Below, in pieces: positions 49,741-59,333 of a stretch of 64,000 nucleotides of DNA (the stretch's first letter is position 1; the number at the start of each line of letters is the position of its first letter). The position numbers and the translations under genes are program-made. Below the pieces are notes generated by a model. That model made no database searches and was not told the origin of the DNA. It worked only from the letters and a program-made list of their open reading frames with translations. The DNA is from an uncultured bacterium (lineage in GTDB: Bacteria; Planctomycetota; UBA1135; GCA-002686595): positions 128,001 through 192,000 of the forward strand of contig CALSNU010000005.1 of the NCBI GenBank assembly GCA_943787795.1, written 5' to 3'.

Positions 49741-51101
49741 TTCGGCGCCTCTGGCGATGCGCGCTCGCCCTGGGGGCCGTGCTGGTCGCGGCCTGCGGGG
49801 GAGACAGCCCGCGACCCAGCGTGGTCATGGTGGTCGGCGACACCCTTCGTGCCGACAAGCTCAGCTGCATGGGGGGGCCCGCGGGGCTGACCCCGTACCT
49901 GGACCGCATCGCGTCGGATGGTGTGCGCTTCGATCAGGCTCGCTCCCACGCCCCCTGGACGCTGCCCTCCACCGCCTCCATGCTCACCTCGCTCCACCCC
50001 GAGGAGCACGGGGCGGGCGGTCGCCTCGGCCGCTTCACGACGCTCGACGAGGAGGTTGAGACCGTGGTGAAGGGCTTCCGTGACCAGGGGTACCGGACCC
50101 ACGCGATCGTTAACGTGCTCTTCCTCGATCCGGGCCTCTTCGGGGTCACCCGGGACTTCGAGACCGTGGATCAGCAGGTCTTCGAGACCAACGTCGACGT
50201 GCGCGCGGCCGACGCGACGACCCGGGCCGCGCTGGAGTGGATCGAGGCGAATCGTGACGACGGGCCCTTCTTCCTCCTCGTCCACTACTTCGACCCGCAC
50301 TGCGTCTACGCGCCACCGCCCGCGTTCCGCGAGCGGTGGGCTGCGCCTGCGGATCAACAGGGGGATTGGACCTTCGGGACCCGGCCGCAGATGGTCGCGA
50401 TCCGCGAGGGCGAGCTCTCACCCGCGGCGGCGACCATCGAGCGCGCTGAGGCCCTGTACAACGGCGAGGTCAGCTACCTCGACGCCCAGATTGGGCGCCT
50501 CGATGACGGCCTGGCGTCCATGGGGCAGCGGGATGAGCTGGTCCTCGTCGTGACGGCGGATCACGGTGAGGAGTTCCTGGACCACGGCGGCTTCGAGCAC
50601 GGTCACACCCTGTACGACGAGCTCGTCCGGGTGCCGCTGCTGATCCGCGCGCCGGCGAGGCTCAAGCCGGGGGTCGTGGGCGCCCCGGTCCGCCACATCG
50701 ACCTCGCCCCGACGCTCTGCGAGCTCTGCGACCTGCCGGTCCCCGGACAATTCGTCGGGCGCAGCCTCGTCCCGCTGGCGGACGGTGAGCTCGAGCTCGA
50801 GCAGCGATCGACTCTGGCCCACGGGAACATGTGGGCGCGGCCTCAGACCAGTTGGACCTCGGGGGGCTGGAAGCTGATCGTGCGAGAGGGCGCCCCGGCG
50901 CAGCTCTACGAGGTGGCGAGCGACCCCGGAGAGCTCCGGGACCTCGCGGCAGAACGACCGGAGGAGCGGGCCCGCCTGCAGGCTGAGCTCGAGGCCGTGG
51001 AGCGCGGAATGACCGCGCTACGGCGCGGGGAGGCGGCAACGCTGGACCCCCGCACACGTGAGGTGCTCAGCGGACTGGGCTACGGTGGAGAGGACGAATG
51101 A
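49737..51101 (+). CDS. Sulfatase-like hydrolase lipoprotein (no Cys/Ser FGly motif)
   Basis: LVAAC lipobox, DTLRAD, PWTLPSTAS, HYFDPH, YNGEV..LD, ADHGEEF..H..HG. Confidence 0.88.
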   Translation: MIRRLWRCALALGAVLVAACGGDSPRPSVVMVVGDTLRADKLSCMGGPAGLTPYLDRIASDGVRFDQARSHAPWTLPSTASMLTSLHPEEHGAGGRLGRFTTLDEEVETVVKGFRDQGYRTHAIVNVLFLDPGLFGVTRDFETVDQQVFETNVDVRAADATTRAALEWIEANRDDGPFFLLVHYFDPHCVYAPPPAFRERWAAPADQQGDWTFGTRPQMVAIREGELSPAAATIERAEALYNGEVSYLDAQIGRLDDGLASMGQRDELVLVVTADHGEEFLDHGGFEHGHTLYDELVRVPLLIRAPARLKPGVVGAPVRHIDLAPTLCELCDLPVPGQFVGRSLVPLADGELELEQRSTLAHGNMWARPQTSWTSGGWKLIVREGAPAQLYEVASDPGELRDLAAERPEERARLQAELEAVERGMTALRRGEAATLDPRTREVLSGLGYGGEDE

Positions 51102-52663
51102 TGATCATGAAGCACAGCCACGCCCTCCTCGCCGCGCTGCTCGCGGCCTGCGCCGCGGCTCCCGACGCGAGCGTCCCCGGCGCCAGCACCGCAGGCTCCA
51201 ACGCTCTTCGTCCCGAGCGGCGGCCCAACGTGGTCCTGATCTACGGAGACGACGTGGGGTTCGGTGACCTCGGCTGCTACGGCGCCGAGAAGATCCCGAC
51301 GCCGAACCTCGATCGGCTGGCGGCCGAGGGGCTCCGGTTCACCGACGGGCACTGCGCGGCGGGCACCTGCACGCCCTCGCGCTTCGCGCTGCTCAGCGGC
51401 GTGCATGGCTTTCGAAGCGGCGTCCGGGTGCTCCCGCCCAACGCGAGGCTGACCATTGGGGTCGACGCCTGGACGCTCCCCGACACGTTCAAGGCGGCCG
51501 GCTACCGCACCGGCGTGGTGGGGAAGTGGCACCTCGGCCTGGGCGCAGAGGGAGCGCCGGTGGACTGGAACGGGGCGGTGAAGCCCGGGCCCATGGAGTT
51601 GGGTTTTGACGAGTCGTTCCTGCTCCCGTCCACGAACGACCGGGTGCCGTGCGTTTACCTCGAGGGTCACGAGGTGGTGGGGCTCGACCCTGGGGATCCG
51701 CTCTTCGTGGGCAAGCTCAAGGACCTGCCCGAGGGGAGCACGAGCTACCCGAACGGTAGGAAGGAGCCGGAGGCGATGACCTACTACCCGAGCTCCCACG
51801 GGCACAACCAGTCCGTGATCAACGGGATCGGGCGCATCGGATACATGGCGGGCGGCGCGTCGGCGCTCTGGGACGACGAGACCATGGCCGACGTGTTCGT
51901 GGAGCGGGCGACCCGGTTCATCGACGAGAACGCGGAGGAGCCCTTCTTCCTGTTCTTCTCCTCCCAGGACATTCACGTACCGCGCACGCCCCACCCGCGC
52001 TTCCACGGCAAGAGCGAGCTCGGCTACCGGGGGGACGCCATGGTGCAGCTCGACTGGGCCGCGGGCGCCGTCATGGCGGCGCTGGAGGCCCGTGGGCTCG
52101 CGGACGATACGATCGTGATCTTCTCCAGCGACAACGGCCCCGTGTATGACGACGGCTACGTGGACGGCACCACGGTGCTCACGAGCAAGGAGGAGGTGGA
52201 CCGGGGCCATGACGGCTCGGGGCCCTACCGCGGGGGCAAGTACCAGGTGTACGAGGGGGGCACGCGGGTGCCGCTGATCGTCCGCTGGCCGGGGGTCATC
52301 GAGCCCGGCGTCTCGTCTGCGCTCGTGACCCAGGTCGACCTGGTCGCCTCCTTCGCGTCCATGCTGGGCGTGCCGCTCCCAGCGGGGGAGGCCATGGACA
52401 GCCGCGACGCGATGGACGCGCTGCTGGGCCGGGACGCCGTCGGGCGCCAGTTCGTGGTGGAGGAGGCGCGGGGCCTCGCGCTGCGGGACGGGCCTTGGAA
52501 GCTCGTACAGCGGCCGAAGAAGGCGGACGAGCTGTACGACCTCTCCGTCGACGTGGGGGAGGCCTCGAACGTGGCGGCCGACCACCCCGAGCGGGCCGCG
52601 GCGATGGCGGCGCGGCTGGAGCAGGTCCGGTCGGCGGGGCTCAGACCCCTCGGCCTGCGCTGA
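51098..52663 (+). CDS. Arylsulfatase (Cys-type, FGly-dependent) lipoprotein
   Basis: LLAAC, PNVVLIYGDD, CTPSR..LLSG, GKWHLG, SSDNG, YEGGTRVP. Confidence 0.93.
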   Translation: MMIMKHSHALLAALLAACAAAPDASVPGASTAGSNALRPERRPNVVLIYGDDVGFGDLGCYGAEKIPTPNLDRLAAEGLRFTDGHCAAGTCTPSRFALLSGVHGFRSGVRVLPPNARLTIGVDAWTLPDTFKAAGYRTGVVGKWHLGLGAEGAPVDWNGAVKPGPMELGFDESFLLPSTNDRVPCVYLEGHEVVGLDPGDPLFVGKLKDLPEGSTSYPNGRKEPEAMTYYPSSHGHNQSVINGIGRIGYMAGGASALWDDETMADVFVERATRFIDENAEEPFFLFFSSQDIHVPRTPHPRFHGKSELGYRGDAMVQLDWAAGAVMAALEARGLADDTIVIFSSDNGPVYDDGYVDGTTVLTSKEEVDRGHDGSGPYRGGKYQVYEGGTRVPLIVRWPGVIEPGVSSALVTQVDLVASFASMLGVPLPAGEAMDSRDAMDALLGRDAVGRQFVVEEARGLALRDGPWKLVQRPKKADELYDLSVDVGEASNVAADHPERAAAMAARLEQVRSAGLRPLGLR

Positions 52664-52666
52664 GCG

Positions 52667-54418
52667 TCAGCGGCCGATGCAGATCACCTCGGCGCCGGTG
52701 CGGTGGTACAGCCGACCGCCCGCGTACGAGATCGAGTTCGCGGTCCAGACCTCCCCGGCGGGGCCGAGGTCGTTGACCGCGAGCAGGGCGTCTCCATCGA
52801 ATGGGCGTGCGGCGGCATCGAGGACGTACACCACGCCGCTGGCCAGGGTGAAGTACAGGCGGTCGTTCACGCGCGTCGGCGAGCCGTTGAAGACCCAGTC
52901 CCACCCGTCCCATCGAGAGCGGTCGTCGCCGGTGACCTCGAGGCCGCGGCTGTTGAGGGGGCGCGCGACCCGCGGCGTGCGCCAAAGGAAGGCCGGGCCC
53001 CCGCCGGTCATGCTCTCGGTGGCCCTGTTCCCCTCTGCGGGGCCCGAGGTCACGTCCGTCGGGACCTCCAGATACTCCACCGTCCCGGCCGTCGGGTCCA
53101 CTCGACCGAAGCTGTAGGCAGGCCCGATGCTGGGCTTGCCCCACGCCGTGGCGTAGCACTGGAACGTCACGGTCCCACCGGCGGCGATCATGGAGTATCG
53201 AGCGGGGAAGACCCCCTTCTCCAGGTCGACGTCCTCGGCGGTGATCCAGGCGCCAAGAGAGGGGTTGAAGGTCCGTCGAGTGACGCCCTCGACCAGGGAG
53301 ATGGACCGCACCTCCTCGCCCGTGGCGAGGTCGAGGACCACCAGCTCGTTGCGGGGCTCCTTGAGGATCCAGTACGCGTACCGGCCATCGTGGGCCATGG
53401 TCTGAAGGGACGCCTCGTGGTTGCCGCGCGGATCCTCGAAGCGCCAGCTCCGGGCCCCGGCGCCGTCGCCGGTCACGTCGGTGAGGGAGACGCCCACGGG
53501 GCGCTCCGGGACCGCGTGGGGACCGCCCCGGGCGTGGAGCATGCGCGGGGCGGGGCCGGCCACGAGGGTGGGCGCGTTGTACTGGGTCAGGCCGTCCTCG
53601 CTCCTCCAGAGCTCGGCGCCGGTCGCCGCGTCGAGGCCCACCAGGTAGTGCCATCGACCGTGGAGCTCCCTGTCGCCGCTCCCCGCTGGGCTGTCGCCGC
53701 TCCCCGCAGGGGCGGCGCCGCTCCCCGCAGGGCCGGGGCCGGCCCCACCCTCCGGCGCAAAGGGCTCCATGTGCACGAACACCTGCCGGTCCCCCTCGTC
53801 GATCAGTACGGGCTCGAACTGCTTGTTGAAGGGCCCATCGAAGGCGGGCGTATAGGCTCGCTCCCAACGGACCTCGCCCTCGAGGTCGAAGCACACCACG
53901 CGCCCTGCGGCGTTGGTGAAGATCACGCCGCCAGCGCACGCCACAGGAGAGGCGGCCGTGGCGTCAGAGAAGGGGTAGGTGTAGATGGCGGGGACGCTCC
54001 CCTCGATCCGCCGGGTCCAGAGCACCGCGCCGGTGTCCGCGTCGAGGCAGTGGGCGTCGATGTGCATGCCCACCACGCCCCGGCCCTCTGTGGCGTGCTT
54101 GAAGCGAGCGGCCTCCTCCGGAGCGAGGGCATTCGCCGGATCCCAAGGCGCCATGGAGGCGACGAAGGCGCGCTGGCCGGCCACGATGACGCCGCCTTGA
54201 CCCGTCTCCGGGAGCGGCGCTCGCCAGAGGACGTTCTCGCCCCGGCGGACGCTGAAGTGCAGCGGAGGTGGGGGGCCCTCGCTGCTCCAGTCTCCGTTCG
54301 GGCCCGGCCCCTGGGGCCAGTCGGCGCCGGGCGAGGCGCCGCCGCTGACGGAGGCGCAGGCGACCGCGAGCGGGAGCAAGGAGAGGGCGGCGAGCGTCGG
54401 GAGGGACAGCGGCTTCAT
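52667..54418 (-). CDS. PQQ-binding-like beta-propeller lipoprotein
   Basis: LAVAC lipobox, DWPQ..GP, NVLWR..LP, CLDADTG.VLW, GLDAATG.ELW repeats. Confidence 0.85.
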   Translation of the reverse strand: MKPLSLPTLAALSLLPLAVACASVSGGASPGADWPQGPGPNGDWSSEGPPPPLHFSVRRGENVLWRAPLPETGQGGVIVAGQRAFVASMAPWDPANALAPEEAARFKHATEGRGVVGMHIDAHCLDADTGAVLWTRRIEGSVPAIYTYPFSDATAASPVACAGGVIFTNAAGRVVCFDLEGEVRWERAYTPAFDGPFNKQFEPVLIDEGDRQVFVHMEPFAPEGGAGPGPAGSGAAPAGSGDSPAGSGDRELHGRWHYLVGLDAATGAELWRSEDGLTQYNAPTLVAGPAPRMLHARGGPHAVPERPVGVSLTDVTGDGAGARSWRFEDPRGNHEASLQTMAHDGRYAYWILKEPRNELVVLDLATGEEVRSISLVEGVTRRTFNPSLGAWITAEDVDLEKGVFPARYSMIAAGGTVTFQCYATAWGKPSIGPAYSFGRVDPTAGTVEYLEVPTDVTSGPAEGNRATESMTGGGPAFLWRTPRVARPLNSRGLEVTGDDRSRWDGWDWVFNGSPTRVNDRLYFTLASGVVYVLDAAARPFDGDALLAVNDLGPAGEVWTANSISYAGGRLYHRTGAEVICIGR

Positions 54419-54524
54419 TCCCCGAGGATAGGGCGGCCGCTCGGGAACGGCGACGTCGGGGGCAGGATCGACGCCACGCCAGCGCTTCAGGGGAGGAGCA
54501 GACTCCCAAGGCGCGGGGCGCGGC

Positions 54525-56252
54525 TCACCGACACTGGAAGTCGGCGACGATCAGCTCCACCTGGGTGCGCCCGCGCCAATGGCTGAGGCGCGGCGTGAAG
54601 ACGAGGTCCACCGGTCGAGACATGCGGAGCTCGTGCTCGCGGCTCGCCATGCCGAAGGCGAGCGCCTTCAGGACGGTCGTGCCCGAGCGGACCTGCAGCA
54701 GCATGTGGGTGCGGTCCTGGCCGATGATGCGGGGCATCTCGTCGAGGCGGATGTCCTCGGCGAGGAGGACGGGCTGCGGGTTACCCTCGCCGCAGGGCTC
54801 CAGTCGTTGGATCTGGCGCATGAGGCTCTCGTCGAAGCCCTGGAGCTGGACCCGGGTGTCGATGCGGAGATCCTGGACCGCGTCCCTGGGGGGGAGCTCC
54901 TTCGCCTTCGCGACCAGCGAGGCGCGCAGGTCGTCGAGGCGGTCGCCCTGGATCTCGCACCCGGCCGCCATGGCGTGCCCGCCGAAGCGATTCATGTGGT
55001 CCGCGCCCGCGCGCATGATCTCCAGCACGCTGATGCCGGGGACGGAGCGCGCGCTCCCGCGACCGATGCCCTCGTCGTCGATGCCGATGATGAGGGCTGG
55101 CCGATGGAATCGGTCCACGATCCGCGAGGCGACGATGCCGACCACGCCGGGGTGCCAGCCCGCGCCGCCGAGGACCATGATCGGATACGCCTCGGGGTCC
55201 GCGAACTGCTCCGCTTGCTCGAGGGCCTCCTCGAGGACACCGCGCTCCACCTGGCGGCGCGCGTCATTGAGGGACTCGAGGTGCTCGGCGTGGCGGCGGC
55301 CCTCCACCGCGTCGGCGGCGAGCAGCGTCTCCACGGCGCGCGCCGCGCTGTCCATGCGTCCGCTGGCGTTGATGCGCGGACCGATCTGGAAGCCGATGTC
55401 CTCGGCGGTCAAGGCCCTCCCCGCGAGGTCGGTGCGCTCGAGGAGCGCCTGGACCCCCGGCGACGGCGACTCGTGCAGAGCGCGCAGGCCGAAGTGCGCG
55501 AGGATGCGGTTCTCGCCGATCAGGGGCACCACGTCGCAGACCGTCGCGATGGCCACGTAGCCGAGGGCCTCGAGGAGGAACTGCCGGAGGTCGGGGCGGA
55601 CCTTGTCGCCGTCGCTCATGCGCTGGCATACGGCCCAGGCCAACTTGAAGGCCACCGCGCTCCCGCAGAGTTCACGGAAGGGGTAGGTGGACGTGGGGAG
55701 CTTGGGGTTCACCAGCGCGAACGTCGGCGGCAGGTCGCCCTCGGGGGGCTCGTGGTGGTCCGTGACGATGACATCGACGCCGGCGTCGCGGAGCGCGGCG
55801 ATGGGCTCCACCGCCGAAGTGCCGTTGTCCACGGAGATGACGAGCGTCGCGCCGGTGTCCTTGGCCTTGACGACCGAGTGGTCGCCGAAGGAGTAGCCAT
55901 CCTTCGTGCGATGGGGGATGTGCCACTCGACCTTCGCGCCCAGGTGCTTCAGGAAGCGCACGAGGAGGACGGTGCCGCTGACGCCGTCCACGTCGTAGTC
56001 CCCGTGAACCAGCACGGTCTCGCCGTCCGCGACCGCCCTCTCGAGGCGCTCGGCGGCGCGCTCCATCTCGGGCAGCCCCGCCGGATCATTCAGGCCGTGC
56101 AGCGTCGGGGCCAGTTGGGCTGCGGCAGCCTGGGGCGTGCCGTGACCTCGGTTGACCAGGAGCCGCGCCAGAACGTCCGGGACCCGCTCGGAACGCACGA
56201 GCCCCTGGACCTGGTCGAGATCGGGCTCCATCAGGTTCCAGTGACCTGGCAA
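54525..56252 (-). CDS. recJ: Single-stranded-DNA-specific exonuclease RecJ
   Basis: HGDYDVDG, SVDNG, TDHH, PRINASGR, GSARS, GGHAMAAG, EPCGEGNP. Start uncertain (TTG 56252 or ATG 56231). Confidence 0.93.
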   Translation of the reverse strand: MPGHWNLMEPDLDQVQGLVRSERVPDVLARLLVNRGHGTPQAAAAQLAPTLHGLNDPAGLPEMERAAERLERAVADGETVLVHGDYDVDGVSGTVLLVRFLKHLGAKVEWHIPHRTKDGYSFGDHSVVKAKDTGATLVISVDNGTSAVEPIAALRDAGVDVIVTDHHEPPEGDLPPTFALVNPKLPTSTYPFRELCGSAVAFKLAWAVCQRMSDGDKVRPDLRQFLLEALGYVAIATVCDVVPLIGENRILAHFGLRALHESPSPGVQALLERTDLAGRALTAEDIGFQIGPRINASGRMDSAARAVETLLAADAVEGRRHAEHLESLNDARRQVERGVLEEALEQAEQFADPEAYPIMVLGGAGWHPGVVGIVASRIVDRFHRPALIIGIDDEGIGRGSARSVPGISVLEIMRAGADHMNRFGGHAMAAGCEIQGDRLDDLRASLVAKAKELPPRDAVQDLRIDTRVQLQGFDESLMRQIQRLEPCGEGNPQPVLLAEDIRLDEMPRIIGQDRTHMLLQVRSGTTVLKALAFGMASREHELRMSRPVDLVFTPRLSHWRGRTQVELIVADFQCR

Positions 56253-56405
56253 GACGGGGAGTGCGCTGGCGCCTGAGGGGCGCGAAGCTGAGGCCGAGGC
56301 CGTGGGGGGGGGGATGCGCCATGGGCACAACCTAACAGCGGTTCGGACCGGGATCGAGCCCGGCGGCGCGACGGACGGCTCGTCGGGCGCTAATCTCGGG
56401 GCACC

Positions 56406-57914
56406 ATGAGTTCCGGTAAGCAGGCCAACAGCGAGGCAAACCCGTTCCGAGCCCTCCCGAGCGTGGACGAGGGGCGTCGGGTGCTCGACGGGATCCTGGA
56501 TGCTCCCGCAGGCGGCCCTGCCGGTGACACGACCGGTGATCAGGCGGGCGACCCGTCGGGTCATTCACTGAACGCCGACGCTCGCCTGGGCGCGATCCCG
56601 GCGGCAGTGCGCACCGAGCTCGTCCAGCAGGAGCTGGACGCCTTCCGGCGGCGCATCGGCAAGGACGGCCTGAGCGGGGCGGACGTGGAGGCGGAGCTCT
56701 CTGGCGGTGCGTTCGAGGCAGCGCTTTCCGCGCGAGCCAGGGTGGAGGCTGGCCGAGGGGTCCGCTCGGCCGTGAACGCCACCGGGGTCGTGCTGCACAC
56801 CAACCTCGGGCGGGCGCCGGTGCATCCCGAGGCGGCCGAGCGCATGCGCGCCGCCGCCGAGGGGTACTGCGTGCTCGAGATGGATCGCTTCAGCGCGCGG
56901 CGCAACGAACGCGACGCGCGCCTCGGGGTGCTTCTCTCCCGCCTCACCGGCGCAGAGGTCGGTATCGCCGTGAACAACTGCGCCGGCGCCGCCTTCCTGA
57001 TGATGCAGACATTCGCCGGCGGGCGTGAGGCGGTCGTGAGTCGAGGCGAACTCGTCGAGATCGGTGGTTCGTTTCGGGTCCCTGACGTGATGGCGCGCGC
57101 GGGGGTGCGGATGATCGAGGTCGGTACCACGAACCGCACGCGGGCCGTGGACTACGAGCGCGCGATCGGGCCGGATACGGGGCTGCTCATGAAGGTTCAC
57201 ACGAGCAACTATCGGGTCGTGGGCTTCACCGAGGAGGCGGACCCGGCGGAGCTCGCGCAGCTTGGCAAGGAGCACGGGGTGACCTCGGGCTGGGACCTCG
57301 GATCGGGGCGCATCGAGGTCGAGGGGACACGCCCCCTCGACGAGGTCGGCGACGAGACCGTGGTGCGCGACGCCGTGGCCACAGGCGTTGACGTGGTGGC
57401 CTTCTCCGGGGACAAGCTCCTCGGGGGCCCCCAGGCCGGGCTGATCGTTGGCCGTCGGGACTCGATCCGGGCCCTGCGGGCCAATCCCATCTACCGTGCG
57501 CTCCGCCTGGACAAGGTCGCGCTCGCTGGCCTCGAGGCCACCCTCGAGCTGCTGCTCGCTGGACGCGGCGGTGAGATCCCCTCACGCCGCCTCATGCATC
57601 GGCCTGAGGCCGAGCTGGCCGAGGCCGCTGGCCGTATCGCGGCGGCCATCGACGCGCTCCCCGGCTTCGCCGCCGAGGCGGTCCCCGAAAAATCGCAGCC
57701 CGGCAGCGGCAGCGCGCCGACGATCTTCCTGCCCACGACCGCGGTCCGTGTGTCGGCGGACGGGCAGTCGGCCGAGTCCCTCGCCACCGGCCTCAGGGCC
57801 GGCGAGCCGCCGGTCTTCGTTCGAATTCATGAGGACGCCGTCCTGCTGGATCCGCGCGCGCTCCTGCCCGGGGATGAGGAGCGCCTCCTGGCAGCCTTCG
57901 CGGCGATCGCCTGA
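56406..57914 (+). CDS. selA: L-seryl-tRNA(Sec) selenium transferase (selenocysteine synthase)
   Basis: FRALPSVD, NATGVVLHTNLGRA, SRGELVEIGGSFRVPDVM, EVGTTNRT, KVHTSNY, DLGSG, FSGDKLLGGPQAG (PLP Lys). Confidence 0.97.
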   Translation: MSSGKQANSEANPFRALPSVDEGRRVLDGILDAPAGGPAGDTTGDQAGDPSGHSLNADARLGAIPAAVRTELVQQELDAFRRRIGKDGLSGADVEAELSGGAFEAALSARARVEAGRGVRSAVNATGVVLHTNLGRAPVHPEAAERMRAAAEGYCVLEMDRFSARRNERDARLGVLLSRLTGAEVGIAVNNCAGAAFLMMQTFAGGREAVVSRGELVEIGGSFRVPDVMARAGVRMIEVGTTNRTRAVDYERAIGPDTGLLMKVHTSNYRVVGFTEEADPAELAQLGKEHGVTSGWDLGSGRIEVEGTRPLDEVGDETVVRDAVATGVDVVAFSGDKLLGGPQAGLIVGRRDSIRALRANPIYRALRLDKVALAGLEATLELLLAGRGGEIPSRRLMHRPEAELAEAAGRIAAAIDALPGFAAEAVPEKSQPGSGSAPTIFLPTTAVRVSADGQSAESLATGLRAGEPPVFVRIHEDAVLLDPRALLPGDEERLLAAFAAIA

Positions 57915-57923
57915 GGCTCGCTG

Positions 57924-57949
57924 GAGGCGCGGGCCGGTGGCTTGTCCTC
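57924..57949 (+). promoter_or_regulatory. SECIS-like hairpin downstream of the selA UGA
   Basis: GAGG-(C bulge)-GCGGGCC-GGU-GGCUUGU-CCUC; loop starts 21 nt after the UGA; three G-U pairs. Confidence 0.4.
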
Positions 57950-58064
57950 GGCCTGGTCCTGAATCGAGGTCCTCTGGGCGCGCGGGGCGAGCTCAACCCT
58001 GGTCGGCTGGGCGGATGCGCCGCGCGGCCGATCCCAGGGCACGGCCTTAGCCGCTCTGGCTCCG

Positions 58065-58101
58065 CTGCTTCGGCCCTGCTGCTTCGGCTCTACTGCTCCG
58101 G
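58065..58101. repeat. Tandem 14-bp repeat (CTGCTTCGGCYCTR), about 2.6 copies
   Basis: Read directly in the selA-selD spacer. Confidence 0.7.
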
Positions 58102-58238
58102 TGCCTCCGCTCTGGCGCCCGCGCGGTCACCGGGGCGGCGTGAACTCCCCACCCGATCGGGAATCCGCTGCTCGCTTCGCTTCCAAGGGGGCGGGCGTGG
58201 GCTTAGAGTCGCGGCGGGGAAGCGCCCCGACCAACATC

Positions 58239-59306
58239 ATGTTCAAACGCAACAAGCGACTCACCGACTACGCCGCCTGCGCGGGCTGAGCGGCCAAGAT
58301 GCCCATGGGGCAGCTCACGCAGGTGCTGCGTGACCTTGATCCGTCCTCCGATCCACGACTCATCGTCGGTCCTCAGACCGTCGACGACGCGGGCGTCGTC
58401 GTGCTCGGTGAGCGCGACGGCCTCCCCTCAGGGGTCGAGGTCGCGCTCGTGCAGACCGTGGACTACTTCCCGCCGGTGCTCGACGACGCCTACCTCTACG
58501 GCGCCGTCGCCGCGGCCAACTCTCTCTCGGACGTCTACGCCATGGGGGGGCGGCCCATCAGCGCGCTCAACCTGGCCGGGTTCCCGAAGGACTTCAACGA
58601 GCAGTGGATCGCCGACATCTTCCGGGGCGGCTTCGAGAAGGTCGCCGAGGCCGGGGCGGTGGTCGCTGGCGGGCACACGGTCGAGGCGCCCGAGCCCCAG
58701 TTCGGGTTCGCGGTCACGGGGATCGTGGAAAGGGCTCACCTCGCGGACAACGCGGGGGCCCAGCCGGGGGACGTCCTCTACCTGACCAAGTCGCTCGGGA
58801 TGGGGTCGATGACCACCGCGGGCAAGTTCCGCAAGGCGCCCGAGGCCACCGTCCGAGCCGCGGCCGAGCAGATGGCCACGCTCAACAACCGCGCGGCTGA
58901 GGCGATGAACAGCGCGGGCTCACACGCCTGCACGGACATCACCGGCTTCGGCCTGAACGGGCACGCCAGCAACATCGCGCGCTCGTCGGGGGTGACCATG
59001 CGCTTTGACCTCTCCGCGGTTCCGATCTTCCCGGGCGCGCGCGACCTGGCCGCCAGGGGCATCGTCTCGGGCGGCGTCAAGCGCGGCAAGTCCGCCCTCG
59101 CCGGTCAGGTGCAGGTTGCCAAGGGGCTCGACCAGGCGCTTGTGGACATCTCCTACGACGCGGAGACCTCGGGCGGCCTGCTGATCGTCCTCCCCGAAGC
59201 CCATGCTCCCAAGCTCGAGGACGAGCTCGCCCGGCGGGACGTCGAGGTGCACCGGATCGGTGAGGTGCTCCCGAGGGAGGGTGACTCTCTCGTGCAGCTG
59301 GTCTAG
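58239..59306 (+). CDS. selD: Selenophosphate synthetase, selenoprotein form (Sec at codon 17)
   Basis: MFKRNKRLTDYAACAG-TGA(58287-58289)-AAKMP joins ORFs 58101..58289 and 58299..59306 in frame; the TGA aligns with catalytic Cys17 and Lys20 follows; DDAG, QTVDYF, ANSLSDVYAMGG, GGHT, TDITGFGL, ETSGGLL. Confidence 0.95.
58315..58333 (+). promoter_or_regulatory. Bacterial SECIS element of selD
   Basis: TCACGCAG-GTG-CTGCGTGA perfect 8-bp stem with apex about 33 nt after the UGA; resembles the GCAGGUCUGC apex of the E. coli fdhF SECIS. Confidence 0.8.
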
Positions 59307-59333
59307 GAGAGAGCCCGCCCCCGTCCTCCCATC

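Noticed and set aside
57915..58238. tRNA-Sec (selC) in the selA-selD spacer
   Set aside because: No UCA anticodon arm or T-loop consensus could be found by eye.
56406..59306. SelA-SelD fusion by multiple read-through (same frame, only TGA stops between)
   Set aside because: The spacer translation is not protein-like, contains a 14-bp tandem repeat, the TGA at 57960 has no evident SECIS, and selD has its own ATG matching family length.
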